Shown: piece after piece, positions 50,035-57,526 of the stretch
Numbering within the stretch: the stretch's first letter is position 1
How the letters are laid out: each line of letters opens with the position of its first letter
Assembly: GCA_963809895.1 (NCBI GenBank)
Contig: CAWELD010000003.1
Span: 1,632,001 to 1,696,000 of the forward strand
Origin: an uncultured Gemmatimonadales bacterium
GTDB lineage: Bacteria; Gemmatimonadota; Gemmatimonadetes; Longimicrobiales; Gaopeijiaceae
DNA: 64,000 nucleotides
Direction: 5' to 3'
The notes under the pieces: generated by a model
Seen by the model: only the letters and a program-made list of their open reading frames with translations
What the model was told of the DNA's origin: nothing
Database searches by the model: none
Made by a program: the position numbers and the translations under genes

Positions 50035-51786
50035 TCAGCCCCCGCGGGAGCGGCGACCCCGGCGGCCACGACGGCCACCGCGTCCGTTGCTCTTGTCCTC
50101 GGCACCGGCCGACTGCTGGCGTCGCTCCAGGTCTTCCTGCCAGGCCTCGAGCACCCGCTCGGCGCGGTTGGAGGGGATGGCCTCACTCACGCGCTCGGGA
50201 TCGGCCTGCAGCACGTTGAAGAGCTCCTCGCCGAACTTCTCCACCAGGGCCTCGGCGGTCTTCTTTCCCACGCCCTTGTAGGAATTGGAGAGATAACGGA
50301 TCTGGGCCTCGGGATCGGTGGGCAGCCCCAGGGCCGACGCGTCCACGTCGGCCGCAGACGCCGTGCCTTCGCCGCTGGACGGCTGACTCGCCGCCTGGCC
50401 CTCGAAGAGGGGCGGCGGTGCGTCGTCCGACCGCCGCCGGGTGGTGCCGCCACGGGGACCCAGACGCCGGCCCGGGGCTCCCGAATCGACGACGTCTTCG
50501 GGGCGCAACTCGCGCACCACTGGACCGTCCGCGCTGGCCTCGGCTTCACGAACCTCGTCGTCCTGCTCGGGGCTCTCGACCTGTTCCTTCGCGGCGGAGG
50601 GGGAGGTCTGCTCCGGAGTGGTGGTGCCCCGGAGGCTCACCTCGTAGTTGCCGCCGTCCTGCTTGTGGAGATCGACGATCTCGTGGTCGTGGGCCTGTCG
50701 CAGAAAGCGACTGAACTTGCTGAAACCCAGCTCGGCTTCGTCGAATCCCTTCTCGAGCTCGAGCATCCGCCGCTTCACGTCCGAATCGCGGGCCGGGTGA
50801 CGGCCGTCGTCGCGCAACGCCTCCAGAGCCCGAGTGAGGAGCCCGTACGCCGCCTCCAGGGGATTGCCGTCCGCCTCGTTCTCGGCGGGCTTGCTCTCCT
50901 CGCGAGGCGTCTCCTGCTTCTCGGGCGCCTCGGTCCGGTCGCGGCGGTCTTCCCGCCGGCCACGGCTCTTCCGGCCCGAACGCTCGTCACCGCGCTCCGA
51001 GCGGCGCGAGCCCCCGCCGTCGCGGTAGGGCGCCACCTCGTACTGGCCGTTGTCCATCTTTCGGAGCTGCACGAGGTTCTTCGACGCGGCTTCGGTGATG
51101 AAGCGACTGAACTTGCTGAACCCGTATCCCCCCTCGTCGAAGGAGGGATCGATCTCCATCATGACCTGCTTGAGCCGGTCGGAGCGCATGACGTCGTTGC
51201 GGTCCGCCATCTGCTTCACAGCTTTCTCCACCAGGACCCAGGGATCCATGGACTTCTGGTCCCCGCCGGTGGTCTTCTGGAGGCCCGTCAGGCTCGTGTA
51301 CGAATAGTACTCGTCGCAGTTCTGGACGAGGATGTCCGAGCTGGACTCCTGAATCCCCACACCGATGACGTACTTGCCGTATTCCTTGAGCTTGAGCACA
51401 CAGCTCGAGAAATCGCTGTCGCCGGTGAGGAGGATGAAGGTGCCGATCTCGGGGCGTACGAACACCAGCTCCATGGCGTCGATGGCCATGCGGATGTCCG
51501 TGGCATTCTTCTTCGAGCTGCCGTAGGCGGGCGCGAAGATCAGGTCGATGGAGTTCTCCGAGAGCGGAACGATGTACTGGGGATAGCGGCGCCAGTCCGC
51601 GTAGGCGCGCTGAACGGTGACCTTCCCGCGGATCATGTCCGATTGAAGGAGCTTCTTCAGGTCGCGGGACAGGTCGCTTCGCATCCCCATCGTGACGTTG
51701 TCGAAGTCGATGAGGAGTGCCGCGTTGGGCGCGGCGGTTCCGACAGGATCACCCCGGTGGGGCGCCCTGGTGAAAGGCGTGGTCAT
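50035..51786 (-). CDS. NYN (LabA/DUF88) ribonuclease with two OST-HTH/LOTUS domains and C-terminal helix-hairpin-helix
   Basis: LIDFDN, RAYADW, KNATDIRMAIDA, TGDSDF. Two FDE..GFSKFSRF repeats. KGVGKKTAEALVEKFG. Confidence 0.88.
   Translation of the reverse strand: MTTPFTRAPHRGDPVGTAAPNAALLIDFDNVTMGMRSDLSRDLKKLLQSDMIRGKVTVQRAYADWRRYPQYIVPLSENSIDLIFAPAYGSSKKNATDIRMAIDAMELVFVRPEIGTFILLTGDSDFSSCVLKLKEYGKYVIGVGIQESSSDILVQNCDEYYSYTSLTGLQKTTGGDQKSMDPWVLVEKAVKQMADRNDVMRSDRLKQVMMEIDPSFDEGGYGFSKFSRFITEAASKNLVQLRKMDNGQYEVAPYRDGGGSRRSERGDERSGRKSRGRREDRRDRTEAPEKQETPREESKPAENEADGNPLEAAYGLLTRALEALRDDGRHPARDSDVKRRMLELEKGFDEAELGFSKFSRFLRQAHDHEIVDLHKQDGGNYEVSLRGTTTPEQTSPSAAKEQVESPEQDDEVREAEASADGPVVRELRPEDVVDSGAPGRRLGPRGGTTRRRSDDAPPPLFEGQAASQPSSGEGTASAADVDASALGLPTDPEAQIRYLSNSYKGVGKKTAEALVEKFGEELFNVLQADPERVSEAIPSNRAERVLEAWQEDLERRQQSAGAEDKSNGRGGRRGRRGRRSRGG
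50705..51120. repeat. Exact 20-bp direct repeat (50705-50724 and 51101-51120) in the two LOTUS domains
   Basis: AAGCGACTGAACTTGCTGAA occurs twice and encodes FSKFSRF on the minus strand. Confidence 0.9.
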
Positions 51787-52021
51787 GCAGTCATCTCGCA
51801 GCGTTCAGGAGGATGTTGTCTGCCGCGAGCCATCCCCTTCCTACCCCCGTGCCTATCGGACGGACGGAGCCCGCCGTCGAGGACGAGGGTCGGAGCAGGG
51901 AAGCCCGGGTCACCCACCGGATCGTTCCGGCGGACGCCCGCGCGCCGGGACCGGGAGGATCGTCCTCACGGCCGAGGCGCGCATACGGCTCGTCACACGT
52001 GCCCGTCGCCGAACCTTCCGG

Positions 52022-53617
52022 TCAGCCGACGCCGTTCGCTTCCTGGCGAGCCAGTCGAGCGAGATCGACGCGGCGGACCTTGCCGGTTCCCGTGCGAGGA
52101 AAATCCTCGAAGAAGCGGACCAGGTCGGGGACCTTGTAGTCCGCGAGGGTCTCCCGGCACCAATCCCGGATCTCGGGTCCGGACACCAGGGCACCCTCCA
52201 CGGGCACGACGCAGGCACAGATGGCCTCGCCCAGGACATCGTCCGGGACTCCGACCACCGCGGCTTCATGAACCGCCGGATGCGCGTGGAGGCGATCCTC
52301 CAGCTCCCGGGGGTACACGTTGAAGCCAGTTCGAATGATAACCTCTTTGCGACGGCCCACCAAATGGAGGAATCCGTCCTCGTCCACCATCCCCAGGTCA
52401 CCGGTGAGGAAATAGCCCTCGGGATCCAGCGAGGCCCGCGTCTCCTGCGGCTGGCGATAGTACCCCAGCATGACCCCCGGCCCGCGCACCGCGATCTCCC
52501 CCACGCTCTCCACGGGAAGCTCGGAGGCGTCCTCCAGGATCCGCACCTGGGTGCTCTCCACGGGCCGTCCCACCGTGAACCGTCGCTTGGCCGGCGGATC
52601 CGTGACGCGGGACACCGCCACGGTCGACGCCGTCTCGGTGAGCGAGTAGGCCACCAGCAGCGTGGGGGTCAGCCCCTCCTCGATGCGCCGCGCCAACGTC
52701 TCCGACACGGGCGCCCCGGCCACCAGCCCCAGACGAAGCGAGCTCAGGTCACGGGGATTGCGCTCCTGTTCGCGCAACTCGGTGACGAAGAGCGTGGGGA
52801 TGCCGTATTGCACCGTCACCCGCTGCTGCTCGACCAGATCCAACACACCGGTCGCGTCCATGTCCTCCATGAGGACCAACGACGCACCCGACAGCAGGCA
52901 ACCCAGCACTCCGGGGCCCATGCCGAAGACGTGGAAGAGCGCCGAAACACCCGCCACCCGGTCCTCGGGCACGAGTTCCAATGCCTCGGCCGTCGATGCG
53001 GCCGAATAGATCAGATTGGCGTGGGACAGCGACACGCCCTTGGGCTTGCCCGTGGTGCCCGACGTGTAGAGGATCGCGAAGGTGTCCGATTCGGGATCGG
53101 CCGACGGAGCCGGGTAGTCGCGTCCGCCTCCCGCCGACAGCAGGTCCTCGTACTGGAAGATGCGATCGTCGTACCAGAGATCTTCCTCGCCCACCGTCAC
53201 CAGGTACTGCAGCTCGGGGAGCTGCACGAGAAAGTCCTCGAACACCTGCAGGTAATCGACGCCGTGGTAGGACTCGGCGGTCACCGCCGCGACGGCCTCG
53301 GAGTGGCGGAGCATGTAGTGGAGCTCGGTGACCGTGAGCCGGGGGTTCAAGGGCACGATCACTCCGCCCAGCTTCGCCACGGCCAGCATGGTGACCACGA
53401 ACTCCGGGCACGCCGGGAGCACCACGGCGATGCGATCTCCGGCCTCGATGCCCAGCGAGTGCAGGGCAGCAGCCAGGGCCTCCGCCTGTCCGTCGACCTC
53501 TCCGAAGGTGAGCGAGCGGTCGCCTGCGCGCAGGAAGACGCCCTCGGGATCGGCGGTGGCCCTGTGTGCCAGGGCCGACGCCACGGTGAAGTCTCGGTAG
53601 CGTCCCGCAAGCGCCAT
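52022..53617 (-). CDS. Long-chain acyl-CoA synthetase / class I adenylate-forming enzyme
   Basis: YTSGTTGKPKG, YSLTET, TGDLG, RRKEVI...G.NVYP.ELE, TGKV. Confidence 0.93.
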   Translation of the reverse strand: MALAGRYRDFTVASALAHRATADPEGVFLRAGDRSLTFGEVDGQAEALAAALHSLGIEAGDRIAVVLPACPEFVVTMLAVAKLGGVIVPLNPRLTVTELHYMLRHSEAVAAVTAESYHGVDYLQVFEDFLVQLPELQYLVTVGEEDLWYDDRIFQYEDLLSAGGGRDYPAPSADPESDTFAILYTSGTTGKPKGVSLSHANLIYSAASTAEALELVPEDRVAGVSALFHVFGMGPGVLGCLLSGASLVLMEDMDATGVLDLVEQQRVTVQYGIPTLFVTELREQERNPRDLSSLRLGLVAGAPVSETLARRIEEGLTPTLLVAYSLTETASTVAVSRVTDPPAKRRFTVGRPVESTQVRILEDASELPVESVGEIAVRGPGVMLGYYRQPQETRASLDPEGYFLTGDLGMVDEDGFLHLVGRRKEVIIRTGFNVYPRELEDRLHAHPAVHEAAVVGVPDDVLGEAICACVVPVEGALVSGPEIRDWCRETLADYKVPDLVRFFEDFPRTGTGKVRRVDLARLARQEANGVG

Positions 53618-53649
53618 GACACCTCCAGGTGGGCAACGAAAGCCGGGAG

Positions 53650-53678
53650 AAGATAGGGGCCCCTCCCGAAACCGTCAA
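53650..53678 (-). promoter_or_regulatory. Candidate sigma70 promoter for the acyl-CoA synthetase
   Basis: Minus strand reads TTGACG-17 nt-TATCTT. GGAGG RBS before ATG 53617. Confidence 0.65.
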
Positions 53679-53713
53679 ATCTGCGATTGAATCCGTCTAA
53701 ATCATTGGCTTGC

Positions 53714-54853
53714 CTACGGTTGCACTTCGGCCTCGGTCCAGTTCGGTATCAGGGCGGCGCGGACGCGATCCGGAGGGAGCGAATGTGCCCACTCCGGGCC
53801 GGAGCGCACGCGGCCAGGCTGCTCGAGCAGCACGTAGCGCGCGATCCCTCCGCGCACCTTCTTGTCCCTGGCCGTGCGCTCCAGGATCGCATCCAGATCC
53901 GCAGTGGCCGCGGGCGCCGTGGGAAGCCCGAAGCGCCGCAGAACCGCCACCAGTCGATCGGCCGAGCCCATCCGTGTCACCCCCAGGGATTCGCCGAGCC
54001 GTGCCTCGAGCACCATGCCCACACTCACCGCGGACCCGTGAGGCAGCGCGTACCCCGAGTGGGCCTCGAGGGCGTGACCGAGGGTGTGGCCGAAATTGAG
54101 GATCTCCCTCAGCCCCCCTTCCCTCTCGTCGCGGCCCACCACCTCGGCTTTGATCTCGATGGAGCGCACCACGGCGGCGAGCGTGGGCGAAGGGGCCCCT
54201 TCCAGCAGCCCCGCCACCTCCGCCTCCAGAGACGTCAGGTAGGCCTCGTCGAGGATGGCGCCGTGCTTGACGGCTTCGGCCCAACCCTGGGCCCGCTCCT
54301 CCCGGGCGAGCGTGGCCACCGTCTCCGGATCCACTACCACCAGTCGCGGCGGGTGGAAGGATCCTACCAGGTTCTTGCCGGCGCCGGTGTCCACGCCCGT
54401 CTTGCCGCCCACGGCGCTGTCCACCATGGCGACCACGCTGGTGGGAACCTGAACCACCGGGACTCCCCGCATGAAGGTCGCGGCGACGAACCCCGCGAGA
54501 TCGCCCGTGACGCCCCCTCCCACGGCCACCACGCCGCCGTCGCGGGCCATGCCCGACGCCAGCAGCTCATCGGTGAGCCGGGCCCAGGTCTCCCGGTTCT
54601 TGTGGCGCTCTCCGGCAGGAAAGACGTGAAGGCCCAGCGCCACACCCTCGGCCCGCAGCGCCGCCAGGGCCTCGGCCCCGTAGCGGGGGCCCACGTTGCT
54701 GTCGGCGATGACCGCCCACCCGCGAACCTGCGGCGCGTGCCGACGGACCAGGGCGCCCAACTCGTGCCGAAGACCCCGGGCGATCAGCACCGGATACTCC
54801 CCGGCGGCGGCGGGCACGTCGACACGGTGGGCCCGGGTTCCCCCTGTCGTCAC
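53714..54853 (-). CDS. aroB: 3-dehydroquinate synthase
   Basis: GGGVTGDLAGFVAATFMRG, DSAVGGKTG, KNLVGSF, LNFGHTLGHALE, RDKK. Start GTG 54853. Confidence 0.97.
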   Translation of the reverse strand: MTTGGTRAHRVDVPAAAGEYPVLIARGLRHELGALVRRHAPQVRGWAVIADSNVGPRYGAEALAALRAEGVALGLHVFPAGERHKNRETWARLTDELLASGMARDGGVVAVGGGVTGDLAGFVAATFMRGVPVVQVPTSVVAMVDSAVGGKTGVDTGAGKNLVGSFHPPRLVVVDPETVATLAREERAQGWAEAVKHGAILDEAYLTSLEAEVAGLLEGAPSPTLAAVVRSIEIKAEVVGRDEREGGLREILNFGHTLGHALEAHSGYALPHGSAVSVGMVLEARLGESLGVTRMGSADRLVAVLRRFGLPTAPAATADLDAILERTARDKKVRGGIARYVLLEQPGRVRSGPEWAHSLPPDRVRAALIPNWTEAEVQP

Positions 54854-56076
54854 GGCGAGCCCCCCTCCAGCGCCACCTCGACCTGTGCGGCCCCACCTAC
54901 CCGAAGCAGCAGTCCCGGTCGCCCGGCCCATTCGGTGGCGACGACGGACGCACCCCCGGGGAAACCCTCGCTCCCCGACTCGAGCAGGGCCTGGACCCGG
55001 TCTCGGTCTGCCGCCGAGTCCCACACCGACGCCCACACCAGATGGGGGTCCCCTCCCGTCGCCGGCTCCAGCAGCGCCCAGCGGTCGCCGTCCCATCCAC
55101 GCGCGGGCTCGTCGGTGCCGCCCGCGGCCCGCAGCATCACGTCGGTCTCGGCCTGGCCGAGGACATCGTCCATCAGGATCCGGTCTCCGGAGACGGCGAT
55201 GTCGACCTCCGTGGGCATATCGCGAGGCTCACCGAGAAAGCGCTCCGGCTCGAGCACTTGTTCCGTCGAGGTGGGCAACTCGGCTCCGAAGGGCGGCGGG
55301 CGCCGCGCATCGGACTGCCACAGGCGCAGCACGAAGGTGGCCCCGGCCAGATAGGGCAGCAGCAGGCCCTGCTGGATGACCTCCGGCGCCCCCGCGAGGG
55401 CCGGATACTGGTCGCGGGCGGCCTCCAGAAGCGGCCCCAGCTGCTCCGCCATGCCGGGGATCTGCGCGAGATCCACGGGCCCACCCGCCTGCTCGCTCAT
55501 GTACTCGAGCATCACCAGGGTGGCGTGACCCTCGATGGCGGACTGCGCCGCCGTTCGCCGGTCGTTGCCCAACGCCGGGCTGGTCAGGGAGTCCAGATCC
55601 ACCGATTGGTCCTGGACCGCGTGCACCAACTCGTGCAGCACGATGGGACGCAACACCTCCGCCGATTGGTCATCGAGGACGAAGAGCGCGGTGGAATCCG
55701 GATCGTAGAAGCCGGCCACCTGTTCGAGATAGACGGACAACAGAAGCTGGCGGAGATCCAGGTCCGCCGGCATCATCCCGAGAAGATGGTATGCCTGCGC
55801 GAGGTTGCGGGCCCGCTCCGGCGGCAGCTCCTGGTCCAGCTTCGCGCGCAGGAAGCCCTCGAGCTGGGCCCGCGAACGGCGTTCGATGTGCACCGGCTCC
55901 CGGATCTCGAATCCAGAGCGGGCCGCGAGCTCCGGGAGCATCTCGCTGGCCATGGCCTCGAGGGCGGGGTCGGCGCTGACCACCAGGGTATCTGCGACGG
56001 TGGCCCTTGAGGCGCCGTCTCCGCCGCCGCAGGCGGTGAGGAACAGGGTTGCGAGCCCGAGCAGGAAGGAGTTCAC
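54850..56076 (-). CDS. Lipoprotein with zincin (HExxH...E) putative metallopeptidase domain
   Basis: Lipobox LTAC, AGFYDP, HELVHAVQDQ, EGHAT, PY..G, PTSTEQVL, GWDGD. Confidence 0.8.
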   Translation of the reverse strand: MNSFLLGLATLFLTACGGGDGASRATVADTLVVSADPALEAMASEMLPELAARSGFEIREPVHIERRSRAQLEGFLRAKLDQELPPERARNLAQAYHLLGMMPADLDLRQLLLSVYLEQVAGFYDPDSTALFVLDDQSAEVLRPIVLHELVHAVQDQSVDLDSLTSPALGNDRRTAAQSAIEGHATLVMLEYMSEQAGGPVDLAQIPGMAEQLGPLLEAARDQYPALAGAPEVIQQGLLLPYLAGATFVLRLWQSDARRPPPFGAELPTSTEQVLEPERFLGEPRDMPTEVDIAVSGDRILMDDVLGQAETDVMLRAAGGTDEPARGWDGDRWALLEPATGGDPHLVWASVWDSAADRDRVQALLESGSEGFPGGASVVATEWAGRPGLLLRVGGAAQVEVALEGGSP

Positions 56077-56600
56077 GACGATGCACTCCGGAGAGCGGAT
56101 GGGGCAGCCACGACGTGGGCCTCCGGGAGGTCTCCACGCAGTCTCGACCAGATGTCCTCTACCGTTTCGCCGCTCACCGGATCCCTCCAGGTCGGCACGA
56201 CCTCACACAAGGGAGCCAGAACGAAGGAACGCTCCTTCCAGCGAGGGTGAGGCACGACCAGGCCGGGCTCGGCCACGACCAGCGACCCGAAGAGCAGCAC
56301 GTCGATGTCCAGAGGACGCGGCGCATTGCGAAAGCTACGCTCCCTGCCGGCGGTGCGCTCCACGGCCAGCGCCGCCTCGAGAAGCGGACGCGGCGAGCCC
56401 CTCCACCGGCCGATGACCGCGGCGTTCAGGAAATCGGGTTGGTCCTCGTACCCCACGGGCGCCGATTCGTAGACCGACGATACCATGATCCGGTGAAGCC
56501 CCAGGGCCCCGAGCTGGTGCACGGCCGCCCGCAGGTGTCCCAGCGAATCCCCCAGGTTGGACCCGAGTCCAAGGGCCACGGCGGTGCCTACTTCGGTCAA
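56073..56600 (-). CDS. folK: 2-amino-4-hydroxy-6-hydroxymethyldihydropteridine diphosphokinase
   Basis: LGLGSNLGD, SSVYESAP, QPDFLNA, PRPLDIDVL, PHPR..ERSFVL.PL. Start taken at TTG 56600. Confidence 0.96.
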   Translation of the reverse strand: MTEVGTAVALGLGSNLGDSLGHLRAAVHQLGALGLHRIMVSSVYESAPVGYEDQPDFLNAAVIGRWRGSPRPLLEAALAVERTAGRERSFRNAPRPLDIDVLLFGSLVVAEPGLVVPHPRWKERSFVLAPLCEVVPTWRDPVSGETVEDIWSRLRGDLPEAHVVAAPSALRSASS

Positions 56601-56660
56601 CGGGAATCTCGACGGGCCTGGAGGACGGAGGAATCCGGGATCGGGGCCCCGGCTGAATCC

Positions 56661-56686
56661 GGAAACCTCGGCAGTGTGGACGCGTA
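56661..56686 (+). promoter_or_regulatory. Candidate ECF-sigma promoter
   Basis: GGAAAC-16 nt-CGTA about 100 nt upstream of the beta-barrel gene. Confidence 0.4.
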
Positions 56687-56784
56687 CAAGATAGGCGAAG
56701 GGATTCAGGGGTCCAGAGAATCCCGCACTCTCACGCTGCGCCGGCCTTCCGAAGGCCGTGCCCCGCCGACCCGGAGGTCGTTTC

Positions 56785-57522
56785 GTGCGCACCCGCTCCT
56801 TCGTGCTTCCTGTTCTCACGCTGGCGATGTCGACGCTCCTCGCCTCGCCCCTGCACGCGCAGGCTCGCGATTGGACCATATCGGTCACCGCCGACGCCGG
56901 GGTGTTCGTGCCCATCCGCAACCTGGGCAAGAACGCCGGGGCCACGCAGAGCCTGCCGGTTCTACAGGTCGTGGCGGACATGAACAGCGCCTTCCAGACG
57001 GGGTTCGGCATCGAGCTCAGCCATCCGTCCAAAGACATCCTGGTCCGCGCCATGTACCGCACCACCGTGGGCGGCACCGTCACCGGGCGCCTCGGCCTGT
57101 GCGGGGATCCCAGCGATCCCCTCTTCACCGGGGCCATCTGCCAACCGGTGGAGAACGATGCCAAGGTCCAGACCTTCTTCGCGGACGTGGGATTCATACG
57201 AGGGGACCCGGGCTCTCGCCTGCGACCGGTGATCCGCATGGGACTGGGCGTTCGCAAGTATTCCTTCGGGACGGTGGTCTGCCAGGACCCGTCGGATTGG
57301 GAGGTGGTGTGCAATTTCACCAGCGACATCTGGAACGACGCGGGCGGCCTCACCCCGACCCTGAGCTTCGGCGTGGGGCTGCAGGGCGAGTTGGGGCCGC
57401 TCACGGTCCGGGCCGAGGCGCTCGACCAGGTGAACCGGTACTCGGGTGGTGCGGGAAGCGCCGACGGCAACATCCAGAATGACGGGTCGATCTCGTTGGG
57501 GCTCGCGTACCGCATTCGCTGA
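56785..57522 (+). CDS. Putative outer-membrane beta-barrel protein
   Basis: GGAGG RBS, signal peptide (LHA/Q), amphipathic strands, C-terminal ISLGLAYRIR, two Cys pairs in putative loops. Confidence 0.7.
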   Translation: MRTRSFVLPVLTLAMSTLLASPLHAQARDWTISVTADAGVFVPIRNLGKNAGATQSLPVLQVVADMNSAFQTGFGIELSHPSKDILVRAMYRTTVGGTVTGRLGLCGDPSDPLFTGAICQPVENDAKVQTFFADVGFIRGDPGSRLRPVIRMGLGVRKYSFGTVVCQDPSDWEVVCNFTSDIWNDAGGLTPTLSFGVGLQGELGPLTVRAEALDQVNRYSGGAGSADGNIQNDGSISLGLAYRIR

Positions 57523-57526
57523 CCCC

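Noticed and set aside
51787..52021. 235-bp gap upstream of the NYN gene as a possible riboswitch or small gene
   Set aside because: No recognisable motif, strong stem or convincing ORF by eye.
56073..57515. 480-aa extended folK ORF; similar long N-terminal extensions of prmA, lnt, aroB, prfA, the CMD protein and the Gfo/Idh/MocA gene
   Set aside because: The extensions overlap other real genes and are ORF-caller artefacts, not fusions. Internal starts with overlap or RBS support were used instead.
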